Positions 37,618 through 47,137 of a DNA stretch of 64,000 nt are shown here, piece after piece. How positions within the stretch are numbered: the first letter of the stretch is position 1; each line of letters begins with the position of its first letter. The stretch spans positions 1-64,000 of IMG/VR virus record IMGVR_UViG_3300027782_004428; one strand, written 5' to 3'. The stretch comes from a virus. The notes under the pieces were generated by a model that saw only the letters and a program-made list of their open reading frames with translations, ran no database searches and was not told the DNA's origin. The position numbers and the translations under genes are program-made.

Positions 37618-38174
37618 AACGACTTCTACTTGCCGCACTGATACCTGCCAGTGTCATGGCAACTGAGTGTGTGCTGAATGATCGAACTGTGACAGCCAGT
37701 GCCGCGCAAATTGAAGAACGATCTGGTCTACGTCAAGAGGTCGTAACAGCACCAGATGGTGCTCGTAGATGCATTGCAAGTTTCAAAGCCAGAATTGGCG
37801 CCTCGTGGTATTGGACACAAGGACAATATGACTGGACAGATGGTCGTCCCCGGGCAGAAGCCTGTGCAGTGGCAGTGGCCCGAGCAGAAGATGCAGTCAA
37901 AACACAAGTTGAACCCACTCATGTTCGCAGTGAAAAGGTTATGATTTGTACAGACCAAAAAGATTTAGAGTTGCTTCGCAGTACCAATCCAGGTAGTGTG
38001 GGACGACTACACCAATTCCGACCTCATCCAGATTTTCCAAAGAGATTCTGGCATAATGGTGCCCAGTGCAAATTCTTTTTGGATAGTGCATTTCGGAATC
38101 AAGACGTTTATACCTATCAGGGTGTGATATGTCTGGTCCAAAAGGATCAATGGGTAGTGGTTGACAAGTTTTGA
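37614..38174 (+). CDS. secreted Cys-containing protein
   Basis: signal peptide MKRLLLAALIPASVMA. Confidence 0.7.
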   Translation: MKRLLLAALIPASVMATECVLNDRTVTASAAQIEERSGLRQEVVTAPDGARRCIASFKARIGASWYWTQGQYDWTDGRPRAEACAVAVARAEDAVKTQVEPTHVRSEKVMICTDQKDLELLRSTNPGSVGRLHQFRPHPDFPKRFWHNGAQCKFFLDSAFRNQDVYTYQGVICLVQKDQWVVVDKF

Positions 38175-38189
38175 CCATTTGTGTATAAT
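38161..38189 (+). promoter_or_regulatory. sigma70 promoter
   Basis: TTGACA-17-TATAAT. Confidence 0.85.
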
Positions 38190-38223
38190 AGAAGTATCGT
38201 GTAACTAACCTGAAAGGTTTTGT

Positions 38224-39039
38224 ATGTTAATCAAACGTTTATCCGTGTTAGCAGTAGCCACAAGTCTTGTGGCATGTGCAAGCACCACGGCACCAAAAGC
38301 CGAAACTGCGACTCCCACTCCGGTGGCTCGTGTGGTTGAAATAGCGCCGCAAGTGGTCCCTGTGCATGCTTATGCAATGCCGGCTCGCCAGGCTCGTGTG
38401 GTGCCACAAGCACCTGAGTGGTATGTCCGCATGCCAGAAGACACCGCAGACATGACATTTGCTGTGGGTACTGCAACATCAACAGATGAGCAGATGGCGT
38501 ACGACAAAGCACGTATGGCCGCAGAGCGCAAACTAGTTGAACAAATGTATGCTAGAATCACCACACAGACCAACAGCTTCAAGGCTGATCGTGGTAGTGC
38601 TACAATTGAAAACTACCAGCAAGTCACACGCAAAAATGCACGTGGCGAACTGAGTGGCGCCCAACGTGTGGATAGTCAAGTCACACATGATGGACAATCC
38701 TACAAGGTCTATGTACTATTGCGACTGCCAGTAGGTGCCAGCAACACAATGCAAACACGTCGTGATCAACAACGTATGCAACGTGAAGGGGAAACCCGTG
38801 GTCGTGCCGCAGAGCGTGACATGGACACAAACGAAGCACGTGACGCACGAATTGAACAAGAAAATACTCGTTCACTTGAACGCAGTCTTGAACCCCAGAG
38901 CCGAGTTACCCCTGTAACTGTACCTACCACTTCGGGAGAACTTAAACTACTGGATGTTGACAACGCTGAATATCGGCAAAAACGAGCAGAAGCACTACAA
39001 AAACCAGGTGCTGTAGTAGGACAGACAGTAGTTAGATAA
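38224..39039 (+). CDS. LPP20-like lipoprotein
   Basis: lipobox LVAC; PEWY, AVG.A.S, A..KA...A...L. Confidence 0.7.
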   Translation: MLIKRLSVLAVATSLVACASTTAPKAETATPTPVARVVEIAPQVVPVHAYAMPARQARVVPQAPEWYVRMPEDTADMTFAVGTATSTDEQMAYDKARMAAERKLVEQMYARITTQTNSFKADRGSATIENYQQVTRKNARGELSGAQRVDSQVTHDGQSYKVYVLLRLPVGASNTMQTRRDQQRMQREGETRGRAAERDMDTNEARDARIEQENTRSLERSLEPQSRVTPVTVPTTSGELKLLDVDNAEYRQKRAEALQKPGAVVGQTVVR

Positions 39040-39097
39040 GTCCAAAAACGGCGTATAAATACAAGCGGTGTTACCACACCGCTTTCTTCACTTTAAA

Positions 39098-39673
39098 ATG
39101 ACCACCGAAACCACACAAACAATTGAGCAGACCCACACCCAAGCCTTGGCCGATGCAGGAATGTATGTTTTTATGGGGGAAGTTGATCGCGACAACATCA
39201 AACCCATAATTGAATGGATCCTGCACGAGAACTTTGTGGCCAAGAGAAAACGCAAAGAACTCTTGTTGATGATTTGCTCCGAAGGCGGAGACATGAGTTC
39301 TGCATTTGCCTTGATTGATGTCATGCGCAGTTCTGTCATTCCTATCAAAGCTGTGGGACTGGGGCAAATTGCCAGTGCCGGATTGTTGATCTTTTTGGCA
39401 GGAACACCGGGTCGTAGAACGCTTACTCCAAACACAAGTATTATGAGTCACCAATATGCCTGGGGCAGTGATGGCAAGCATCACGAGCTGTTGGCCACAA
39501 TCAAAGAGTTTGAGCTAACACAAACCCGTATGGTACAGCACTACATAGATTGTACAGGTCTAAACGAAGAACAAATCAAACAACACCTGTTGCCACCGCA
39601 TGATGTTTATTTGGGTGCGGATGATGCCTTGCGGTTGGGCATCTGCGACCATATCAGCCAACTGTCTCGTTAG
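39098..39673 (+). CDS. clpP: divergent ClpP-like protease subunit
   Basis: ICSEGG, IASAG (Ser), MSHQ (His), DVYLGADDAL.LG.CD (Asp); TATAAATA 39054-39061. Confidence 0.85.
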   Translation: MTTETTQTIEQTHTQALADAGMYVFMGEVDRDNIKPIIEWILHENFVAKRKRKELLLMICSEGGDMSSAFALIDVMRSSVIPIKAVGLGQIASAGLLIFLAGTPGRRTLTPNTSIMSHQYAWGSDGKHHELLATIKEFELTQTRMVQHYIDCTGLNEEQIKQHLLPPHDVYLGADDALRLGICDHISQLSR

Positions 39674-41238
39674 CCCTTTTTCTTACGTCCCAGCGTCTTT
39701 TCGTCAAAGTCGGGCTCTTGACTTTGTCTGGATGCTCGAGCACCCGGACCAGACAGTCTAGGTTCCTGACCTACCTGATCAAGTTTTGCATTTTCAGCAT
39801 CAGTATCGCCTACCGCAGTAACGTCCACATCAGTATCTTTGTCACCACCGCCATTGTAACTAAAACTCACACGACCAATAATACCTGTGGCTGAATAACA
39901 CTTGGTAGCATCCAGTCCCACAGTGCCCTTAAAGTCTGGTGGGTATTTGCTGGTAAACCCAGTGACAGTATAATTGCCGGCTTTTTCTGACCCGTTTAGA
40001 TGTAACTGAATAATAGGACTAGAGTTCAAAAACTTCAAACATGCTTTGCCAAACTTTGGGTCCTGGTTGATGTTTTTAGATACTCGTCGAGCCAAAGCAG
40101 CCAATGCATGGTACCCTGTGTTGTAACGGGGATTATCTGTTTTGGCATTGATGTCGCCCATGAGATCTAGGATAGCCGGATTGGTAGGTGTGGCATTGGT
40201 TTTAACCAATTGCTTGATTTCTGCTCCGGTTTCCTGATCAATGATGCCTTGCTCTACGCCATACACAATGGGAAAATCTAGTGAGCTTAACTGACCAACA
40301 CGTTCAATAACTTCTACCTGGTCTGCGTATTCTGTTAGCAATTCTGTCATGTCTTTTTGTCTTGCAGTTTTGACACCGTCTGAAATGTTCTTAACTGAGG
40401 CACTGGCACCTTTTTCGCCTTTGCTAGAGATACCAATCTCAACACCGCCTGGATGCAACAAGTAACTATCAACCAGGAGATTGTTTTTACCAGCTGGGAA
40501 ATTAATTGCGCTTCCATCATAGGTACCGTCTTCGCCAAGTATATCTTTACGTGCGGCCTCGGCACCCACGCCCATGTTCATACCTTGTATCAAAGCAATA
40601 GGCCCAATAGTTTCACCGAGATCATCACGCACAGCAGTGACCATGTCGCCCATGTTTTCAAACCTGGGCAATTGACCAGCCAGCAACTGATCCATACCTG
40701 GGCGTACTTTGTCAATGCTGGACATTTGATCGGGTGTTATTCCTGGTCGAGTGCCCATAGCGGCCACAGTATCTGCTGGTGTAGCAAAGATTGAATTTTC
40801 GGGAAATAAATCTGCTGGTTTGAGTTTGTAGTAGGAACCTTTTAAACTTACCGCTTTGTTTAACTGCCAGCCGCCAGGCAACTCAGAGTTTTTCCAGAAA
40901 CCTGCCATGTCAGGTTTGATCTCGCTGAAAAATCTACCAAAATATGTTTTTTGGCCTGCCGCAGGACCGTTAAATGTTAAAATAGCAAAGGCCTTGCTGG
41001 CTTGTGTAGGTTTGTTACTCCAGGTAATACTGGGATATTGGTTGAACAAATCTGCACCTGTTTGCGACATTTCATCATAGTTGGCATAGGCACCTGGCAT
41101 GCCAGGAAAGTAATCAACCTTGTCAAATACAATTTCGGCGGTGGGATTATCTTTGGATCCTTGAAAAAACGAGTCGCCCTGATCACGATACAACAATCCG
41201 CGACTTTTTTCCATGATAATATTGATAAGATCTCTCAT
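39670..41238 (-). CDS. large hypothetical protein, possible PD-(D/E)XK nuclease or internal head protein
   Basis: [10 protein letters not shown] start; LVDSYL....IGISSKG pattern. Confidence 0.6.
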   Translation of the reverse strand: MRDLINIIMEKSRGLLYRDQGDSFFQGSKDNPTAEIVFDKVDYFPGMPGAYANYDEMSQTGADLFNQYPSITWSNKPTQASKAFAILTFNGPAAGQKTYFGRFFSEIKPDMAGFWKNSELPGGWQLNKAVSLKGSYYKLKPADLFPENSIFATPADTVAAMGTRPGITPDQMSSIDKVRPGMDQLLAGQLPRFENMGDMVTAVRDDLGETIGPIALIQGMNMGVGAEAARKDILGEDGTYDGSAINFPAGKNNLLVDSYLLHPGGVEIGISSKGEKGASASVKNISDGVKTARQKDMTELLTEYADQVEVIERVGQLSSLDFPIVYGVEQGIIDQETGAEIKQLVKTNATPTNPAILDLMGDINAKTDNPRYNTGYHALAALARRVSKNINQDPKFGKACLKFLNSSPIIQLHLNGSEKAGNYTVTGFTSKYPPDFKGTVGLDATKCYSATGIIGRVSFSYNGGGDKDTDVDVTAVGDTDAENAKLDQVGQEPRLSGPGARASRQSQEPDFDEKTLGRKKKG

Positions 41239-41289
41239 TGCGTTTTCCAAATAATTATGTTATACTTATGCTTTCAACAAGGAGACCCT

Positions 41290-41883
41290 ATGCCAAATCT
41301 AGTACCAATCGTGCTTGAACAAACCTCAAAAGGTGAACGCAGTTATGACATCTACAGCCGATTGCTAAAGGATCGTGTGATCATGCTGGACACAGAAGTT
41401 TCAGAACACACTGCCAGTTTGCTGGTAGCACAAATGTTGTTTTTGGAAAGTGACAATCCAGACAAAGATATTTCCTTATACATCAACTCACCTGGAGGAT
41501 CAGTCACAGCAGGCATGGCCATCTATGATACCATGCAGTTTATTAAATGTGATGTACAGACCATTGTGATGGGACAGGCCTGCAGCATGGGAAGTCTGCT
41601 AAGTACAGCAGGAGCCGCAGGCAAACGTATGATCCTGCCCCATGCCCGACACATGATTCACCAACCATCAGGTGGTGCTCATGGACAAGCCACAGACATC
41701 CAAATCCAAGCACGTGAAATTCAAAAGATGAAAGAATATCTGACCACGATCTATGTCAAGCACAACTCAGCGGGTAAAACCTTTGAGCAGTTGAGTGCAG
41801 ACATGGAACGTGATTTCTTTATGAGTGCTCAAGAAGCCCTGGACTACGGACTAGTGGACAAGATACTTGACCGCCGTGCCTAA
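41290..41883 (+). CDS. clpP: ATP-dependent Clp protease proteolytic subunit
   Basis: [33 protein letters not shown]; AAGGAG RBS; TTGCGT-17-TATACT upstream. Confidence 0.97.
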   Translation: MPNLVPIVLEQTSKGERSYDIYSRLLKDRVIMLDTEVSEHTASLLVAQMLFLESDNPDKDISLYINSPGGSVTAGMAIYDTMQFIKCDVQTIVMGQACSMGSLLSTAGAAGKRMILPHARHMIHQPSGGAHGQATDIQIQAREIQKMKEYLTTIYVKHNSAGKTFEQLSADMERDFFMSAQEALDYGLVDKILDRRA

Positions 41884-43165
41884 CTCAAACATATTCTGCA
41901 ATACTCCGTGGTATGAGCTACACATCTATTGGGATGGTAGTTTAGGTATCTGTTGTCAAGAGTCTCACAAACTCTATGACGACAACAGTTACAACATTGC
42001 CACGACTAGTATTGCAGAATGGTTTAACTCTGACCCTGTACGACATTTTAGGCAAGGTGTCTTGGGCGATCGCCCGGTGAGTGCGTGTTCTAGATGTTAT
42101 CAAGAAGAGATCGTGGGCGGCAATAGTCGTCGCATCAAAAGCAATCAAAAAAGTGTTATCTTCCAGCAGGCGTTTGAGGACAGTTTTGAACAAAGTCCTG
42201 GCCGTAGACATTTTGATGAGTCTGGAACCACTGGTACCCATCCCATTGACATACATGTGGATCTTGGAAACTATTGCAACCTGGCCTGCAAGATGTGCGA
42301 TGCTCAGGCGTCCAGTATCATTGCTTCACAACAGGTCAAGTGGGGGATTGAGTCTAGTAGACAATACCTTGGCACAGATTGGACACAAGATCAACAGGTG
42401 TGGAACAGTTTCCTAACGCAACTGATACACATACCTAAATTAAACAACATTCACTTCATGGGCGGTGAAACACTGTTGACTCGCCGCTTTGAGGATCTTG
42501 TGGATCACTTGATTGCACATGATCGCCTGGATGTGTGTTTCTCTTTTGTGACCAACGGTACTACATTCAAGCCTGAGTTGATGACCAAACTAAAAAAATT
42601 TCGCAGAGTGGGCATAGAAGTCAGCATAGAAACTGTGGATGCACACAATGTTTACCAACGTCAGGGCACAGACAATCAGTTGGTCATGGCCAATCTTGAT
42701 CGATATCAAGATTTGTGCAACGGATCAAACATAACACTCACAGCAAGACCTGCGGTCAGTGCCCTAACCATTGGATACTTTCCGGGACTGCTGGAATACT
42801 GCTTGGATAAAAACTTAATAGTCAAGAGTTTGTTGGTTACCAATCCACAATTCTTAAACGCAGTGATCTTGCCCGACACAGTGAAACAACAATATCTCAA
42901 GCATTATCAAGTTCTACTAGACAGATTAAATAGTGTACAAGTTCCCAAGGACTACAATGCCAGTGATCCAAACAATCATGACATGATTGTGAAAGAACAG
43001 GTGCAAATGTGCATGAATATTTTGCGTCAACCGGCGCCCCCAGACGTAGAACAACAGCGCAAACTCATGGTAGAGCATTGTCGCAAATGGGATCAGGTAT
43101 ATGGGTATGATGCTAGAACATTGTATCCGGAACTGGCAGAGGTATGGACACAGTATGACTACTAA
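41867..43165 (+). CDS. radical SAM protein with N-terminal SPASM/twitch-like Cys cluster
   Basis: [25 protein letters not shown]. Confidence 0.88.
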   Translation: MTAVPNSNIFCNTPWYELHIYWDGSLGICCQESHKLYDDNSYNIATTSIAEWFNSDPVRHFRQGVLGDRPVSACSRCYQEEIVGGNSRRIKSNQKSVIFQQAFEDSFEQSPGRRHFDESGTTGTHPIDIHVDLGNYCNLACKMCDAQASSIIASQQVKWGIESSRQYLGTDWTQDQQVWNSFLTQLIHIPKLNNIHFMGGETLLTRRFEDLVDHLIAHDRLDVCFSFVTNGTTFKPELMTKLKKFRRVGIEVSIETVDAHNVYQRQGTDNQLVMANLDRYQDLCNGSNITLTARPAVSALTIGYFPGLLEYCLDKNLIVKSLLVTNPQFLNAVILPDTVKQQYLKHYQVLLDRLNSVQVPKDYNASDPNNHDMIVKEQVQMCMNILRQPAPPDVEQQRKLMVEHCRKWDQVYGYDARTLYPELAEVWTQYDY

Positions 43166-43568
43166 AGTAAAAATGTGTGTGACGTTGGACCCAGTGGGCA
43201 AGCCCTGGATAATTGCAGAAGCCAATGGCCGAGGGCAACTTCAACAACTGTTGACCACAACTGATTTCAGTTTTGACTTTAGAGCAGATGATAGTGGGTA
43301 TTTAAAAATCACACACTTTGCCAAAGCAGATCACGATCACGATACCGCGGTGATTGTGAAAGAAATCAAATTTTTTGATATCTCGGATCCCAGATTTGTC
43401 TGGGCTGGGATATACTATCCTGAATATCCTGAACACTATCCCGATAAGACATCTCCGTTGCCAGGGCATGGATACCTTGGATGGAACGGCGTTTATAAAC
43501 TAGAGTTCTCAGTACCAGTGTTTACCTGGATGCACAAAATTAAAAATTTTGGATGGATTTACGGATGA
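43155..43568 (+). CDS. hypothetical protein
   Basis: overlaps radical SAM stop; YLGWNG..PVFTW.H. Confidence 0.65.
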   Translation: MTTKVKMCVTLDPVGKPWIIAEANGRGQLQQLLTTTDFSFDFRADDSGYLKITHFAKADHDHDTAVIVKEIKFFDISDPRFVWAGIYYPEYPEHYPDKTSPLPGHGYLGWNGVYKLEFSVPVFTWMHKIKNFGWIYG

Positions 43569-43617
43569 ACTTCCCAGCCTTCACGTGCCCAGCGACACAG
43601 CATCAATAGATCTGCAA

Positions 43618-43737
43618 TCATTTTGCGTAGATTGCTTTGGCTTCGGTTATTTTACCAGCTCTGGCCAATACTGAGGCTGCACGAGCTTCGCCCATGGCTT
43701 CAAGAAAATTCCAAATTGAGTCTAAAAATTGTTTCAT
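43618..43737 (-). CDS. small protein (39 aa, not in ORF track)
   Basis: MKQFLDSIWNFLEAMGEARAASVLARAGKITEAKAIYAK; ATGA overlap, AGGA RBS. Confidence 0.6.
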   Translation of the reverse strand: MKQFLDSIWNFLEAMGEARAASVLARAGKITEAKAIYAK

Positions 43738-43904
43738 AAGAAATTCCTATCTGATTGTTTGTGGTACTGGCGTGACCAGTACTCTACGTCTGATGCGCTG
43801 GCGATGCATTTGGTACTCAAATACTGTTCCAAGCGAGATTGGTAATTTTGCTTGGGGAACATCTCAGCAAGACGTTCTACTAATTGAATAAACATTTGTG
43901 ACAT
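43734..43904 (-). CDS. small protein, DUF3563-like (56 aa, not in ORF track)
   Basis: AAGGAG RBS; RLEQYL....ASDVEYWSRQY. Confidence 0.6.
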   Translation of the reverse strand: MSQMFIQLVERLAEMFPKQNYQSRLEQYLSTKCIASASDVEYWSRQYHKQSDRNFL

Positions 43905-43922
43905 TTATTTTCTCCTTCTCAG

Positions 43923-43954
43923 TATTTACCATGAGACAATGTTGCACCGCACAA
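43923..43954 (-). promoter_or_regulatory. TAAATA plus PhaR-like operator
   Basis: TATTTA 43923-43928; TGTTGCACCGCACAA 43940-43954. Confidence 0.5.
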
Positions 43955-43998
43955 AAACTCGTGGTTTCTACTGAGTTTAGTAACTGCTCACTAAACGG

Positions 43999-44027
43999 TT
44001 GACCAATAATTCACCTTTTGCTATAAT
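43999..44027 (+). promoter_or_regulatory. early sigma70 promoter (cassette family), leaderless
   Basis: TTGACC-17-TATAAT, ATG 6 nt downstream. Confidence 0.9.
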
Positions 44028-44033
44028 ACTTGT

Positions 44034-44450
44034 ATGCTTTACTTCGCTTATGGAATGAACACAAACCGGTCAGAAATGACCCATCGTTGCCCTGGGGCTC
44101 TGAGCCTGGGCCATGCCCGGCTGGTTGACCGTATATTTAGATTTGCAACCCACGCTGATGTGGTCAAGTGCAAAGGCTCCTATGTGGACGGAGTACTGTG
44201 GACCATTGATGATTTTCATCTAAACGCCCTGGATCGACTGGAAGGTTATCCCTACTACTACAACCGCAGAAGTCTCAGAGTGGCTCATGACAATCGTATT
44301 GTCATGGCAGAAACCTACTTCATGCAACCGGGGAATCTGGATAGCCTGCCCAGTCAGGGCTATTTTGACATGGTGGTTGAGGGCTATAATCAGCACAATA
44401 TACCCCTAGATCAGGTGTATAATAGTGTGTACGAAAGTACTACTTTTTAA
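44034..44450 (+). CDS. gamma-glutamylcyclotransferase family protein
   Basis: YFAYGMN, GVLW, LDRLEGYP.YY. Confidence 0.85.
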   Translation: MLYFAYGMNTNRSEMTHRCPGALSLGHARLVDRIFRFATHADVVKCKGSYVDGVLWTIDDFHLNALDRLEGYPYYYNRRSLRVAHDNRIVMAETYFMQPGNLDSLPSQGYFDMVVEGYNQHNIPLDQVYNSVYESTTF

Positions 44451-44465
44451 CTAGTGCTATTTTGG

Positions 44466-44494
44466 TTGACCAATAATGGCTCTTTTGCTATAAT
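44466..44494 (+). promoter_or_regulatory. early sigma70 promoter (cassette family)
   Basis: TTGACC-17-TATAAT; 44483-44520 identical to 15609-15646. Confidence 0.9.
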
Positions 44495-44526
44495 ATAGAC
44501 ATAGAGTAACAAAACAGGAGTCCCAA

Positions 44527-44778
44527 ATGCGCCACGTAGCAGGTTTTAGTAACAGCACCAAAATTCGTTTTATCGTCAACGGTTTTGGCATGTACGGTAC
44601 TATCAACGATATCTACACAAAAACAGCCACAGTCACGCATGGTGCCGCTCTGCGACTGGCCATCCAAAAATTGGCTTACGATCGCCGTCGCAGTCCCTTT
44701 ACAGGCGAAGGTCGTCCAGTGGGTGTGAACATCACCCACGAAGGACATGACGTGCAAATCACCTTGATGGCCAATTGA
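44527..44778 (+). CDS. hypothetical early protein
   Basis: AGGAG RBS after cassette promoter. Confidence 0.7.
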   Translation: MRHVAGFSNSTKIRFIVNGFGMYGTINDIYTKTATVTHGAALRLAIQKLAYDRRRSPFTGEGRPVGVNITHEGHDVQITLMAN

Positions 44779-44784
44779 TTTTGG

Positions 44785-44813
44785 TTGACCAGAATTCCCC
44801 GATTTGCTATAAT
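44785..44813 (+). promoter_or_regulatory. early sigma70 promoter (cassette family)
   Basis: TTGACC-17-TATAAT. Confidence 0.9.
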
Positions 44814-44843
44814 ATACACATAGACACACAAAAGGAGCCCCAA

Positions 44844-45122
44844 ATGTCATACGTAATTGTTGCAAAAGGTACTGGTTTAATCGTTACAGACGGTCCCAAC
44901 AAAACCCGTGCATACAAAACTTTTGGTGCCGCCAAGGCAACTCGTACCCGTCTCTGCCACAAAGCAGGTTGGAACGAAAGCCAACTGAACATTATTGCTC
45001 GCGACACTTACAAGTCTCCTAAAATAATTGTCAAGAATTTGATGAGTGGCAAGCCTGTAGAAATCGACGCAGACACCCCTTGGTGTTGCAACCCAGCCTC
45101 CGAAACTTACTGGAGCATGTGA
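44844..45122 (+). CDS. conserved phage hypothetical protein
   Basis: AGGAG RBS; VKNLMSG..TPWCCNPASETYWSM. Confidence 0.75.
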   Translation: MSYVIVAKGTGLIVTDGPNKTRAYKTFGAAKATRTRLCHKAGWNESQLNIIARDTYKSPKIIVKNLMSGKPVEIDADTPWCCNPASETYWSM

Positions 45123-45274
45123 TGAACAAAGAAAATCAAGTTTGGACTATGAGTTGGACTCAGCCGTATTCAACTTGGCCCAAGTCAAAACCAGTAGAAC
45201 TCAAAGAATCTGAGATCACAGACTTTACTGAGGCTCGTGAAGTGCTGGCTCGTATCATGCAAAAGAGGACTTGA
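45122..45274 (+). CDS. small hypothetical protein
   Basis: TGATG coupling, GGAG upstream. Confidence 0.55.
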   Translation: MNKENQVWTMSWTQPYSTWPKSKPVELKESEITDFTEAREVLARIMQKRT

Positions 45275-45276
45275 TC

Positions 45277-45477
45277 ATGTGGACTGTGATTTTGATCTTG
45301 GCCACTGGCACACAAAATGTAGGACAATATTCCACTGCCCAGGCCTGTGAGGCCGCGGCCCTAAAGTTCCAGCAACAAAAGGTTGTGGCCGCATGTGTGC
45401 CACAAGAAACACCCGAACAAGGTCTGGTTCGCATGCAAGCCATTATGAAAACTTTGGTAGAAAGCATGCCCAAATGA
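45277..45477 (+). CDS. small exported hypothetical protein
   Basis: GAGGA RBS; hydrophobic N-terminus, two Cys. Confidence 0.6.
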   Translation: MWTVILILATGTQNVGQYSTAQACEAAALKFQQQKVVAACVPQETPEQGLVRMQAIMKTLVESMPK

Positions 45478-45821
45478 AATGGTTTGCTGAAACAACTAAT
45501 TGGGAAGACTCCACCCCCAACGGCATCTACTTGCTGGATGATGGCAAGACCAAGATGTATGCGTTCCGGCCCTTTGGCACAGGTGAGATCAAAGTATTTA
45601 AAAACCCAATCCGCATTGATCTGCGTGGTCGTAAGTTTGTGATTAACTCTGTGCAATTCAAGACTGAGTTAAAAGAACCCAAACCCGAAGGTCGTGTGAT
45701 CGAAGTGCGTGGTAGCAAAGGTGACATTTATAAGGTAACTGATGTCAACGGCAATCTCTCTTGCACTTGTTCAGGTTTTCGATTCCGTGGAGACTGTAAA
45801 CACATCAAGGAGCTGGCATGA
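45474..45821 (+). CDS. SWIM zinc-finger protein
   Basis: CTCSGFRFRGDCKH. Confidence 0.8.
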   Translation: MKWFAETTNWEDSTPNGIYLLDDGKTKMYAFRPFGTGEIKVFKNPIRIDLRGRKFVINSVQFKTELKEPKPEGRVIEVRGSKGDIYKVTDVNGNLSCTCSGFRFRGDCKHIKELA

Positions 45822-46126
45822 AATATCTTGTGATTTTATTTTTAGCAGTGACCAATGTCTGGGCACAACCACAACCACAGGTGGGCAAGCATGACATGGT
45901 CTTCACAGCACAGCCCGCATATCCAGTCAAACGGGTAGAGTGGATTGTGACTGATCAGGTGGACGAAATGTGTCAAGGCTTTGCATCGCTTAGCCAGGGC
46001 CGCCGGTATGTTGCCTGCACCAAATTCAATGATGCTGTGTGTATAGTGTACACCAGACCCAATTTGACCTTGGCTGAGTTGGGACACGAAATGCGTCATT
46101 GCTTTGAAGGCCATTGGCACCGATGA
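45818..46126 (+). CDS. secreted minimal HExxH metallopeptidase-like protein
   Basis: signal peptide; LGHEMRHCFEGHWH. Confidence 0.65.
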   Translation: MKYLVILFLAVTNVWAQPQPQVGKHDMVFTAQPAYPVKRVEWIVTDQVDEMCQGFASLSQGRRYVACTKFNDAVCIVYTRPNLTLAELGHEMRHCFEGHWHR

Positions 46127-46305
46127 AATACCTTGTGATTTTATTTTTGTTTGGTACGGCTGTGGCACAGACTGTAACCACTACTACCCAGACCATTCGT
46201 GAAGAAACAACCATCGTCACAGTGACTCAAAACGGAAGCACAACCACACAATCCAGTGTTCCAATTGTGTACCGGTGCAACGGGCGAACGTGCGTCAAGC
46301 CCTAG
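46123..46305 (+). CDS. small secreted Thr-rich protein
   Basis: same MKYLVILFL signal start as upstream gene. Confidence 0.6.
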   Translation: MKYLVILFLFGTAVAQTVTTTTQTIREETTIVTVTQNGSTTTQSSVPIVYRCNGRTCVKP

Positions 46306-46311
46306 CCACAA

Positions 46312-46333
46312 GAAAGCCCCTTTCGGGGCTTTC
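46312..46333. terminator. bidirectional terminator between convergent genes
   Basis: GAAAGCCCC-TTTC-GGGGCTTTC. Confidence 0.85.
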
Positions 46334-46338
46334 ATCTT

Positions 46339-46566
46339 TTACGCAGCGTCTACAAACTTTTTAAGTTCTTCGGCCTTGACCACAATGTCCGTACTGGACG
46401 GGAAATCGGGCATGGTTGGATAAGGAAGAGTTCCGCGATTGGCATCATTCAGTTTGGAATGATATTCGTCGCTTAGACTACTGCGTTTTTCGTAGACTGG
46501 CGCTTGAAGAATTTCCTTGGCCAAGGTCAAGAGTTCGAGACGGATCTCGTAAGGTGTTTTGCTCAT
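46339..46566 (-). CDS. conserved small phage protein
   Basis: AGGAG RBS; MSKTPYEIRLELL.LAK...P....I...A..L..FV. Confidence 0.75.
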   Translation of the reverse strand: MSKTPYEIRLELLTLAKEILQAPVYEKRSSLSDEYHSKLNDANRGTLPYPTMPDFPSSTDIVVKAEELKKFVDAA

Positions 46567-46638
46567 GTTTTTCTCCTGTGTATGTGTGTGTCGTTCAAGT
46601 CCCGCCCTATGCAGGACAAGATTGCTACACGAGCACAA

Positions 46639-47070
46639 TTACTTATAGATGTAATTAACAGTGTCAGAATTTTCGCGGTAGATGCCTGCACCATTCTTCA
46701 AATGAAAACGTTTGGCCATCTCGGTCTTGGGACTGAGTGTAACGTAGGTATCAATGTCCGGAAATTCCGCTTTGATTGATTCTTGAGCTCGAACAATCAG
46801 TTCACGCCCTGCTCCAGACGCATACGACCAAATTGTGTAAAATACCGCAGTTTTGGCACTCCCGACCAACTCCACCAAGTCATCCACTGCTGCAGGAATA
46901 GCATCCAAAAACTTTACACAGGTCACTGCACGAGTTTGGTCTCCATCTTTCAGCATGTATATTCGACTGTTCGAGTTCACACGGTCAGTCACAGGTATCT
47001 CAGGGCGCACTGGGTCGTCCTTTAGGAGATTGACAATTTCGTCGGTAATACTTGTGATGGTGTGTAACAT
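46639..47070 (-). CDS. GNAT-like protein resembling malonyl-CoA decarboxylase core
   Basis: AVFYTIWS...GAGRELI......EFP.I..YVTLSP. Confidence 0.55.
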   Translation of the reverse strand: MLHTITSITDEIVNLLKDDPVRPEIPVTDRVNSNSRIYMLKDGDQTRAVTCVKFLDAIPAAVDDLVELVGSAKTAVFYTIWSYASGAGRELIVRAQESIKAEFPDIDTYVTLSPKTEMAKRFHLKNGAGIYRENSDTVNYIYK

Positions 47071-47137
47071 AATACGCTCTTTATATGCTTGTAAACCTAT
47101 TTATCAAACACACGTAGAAAAAGAAAAACAGGGCCTT

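Noticed and set aside
7201-41290. Extended N-termini in the ORF track (7201, 11255, 30242, 36190, 41002 and others)
   Set aside because: Downstream ATGs have an RBS or start-stop coupling and match the family N-terminus.
43559-43621. Third small minus-strand ORF (MIADLLMLCRWAREGWEVHP)
   Set aside because: Only 20 codons, overlaps the convergent gene and has no RBS; the ATGA overlap alone is too weak.
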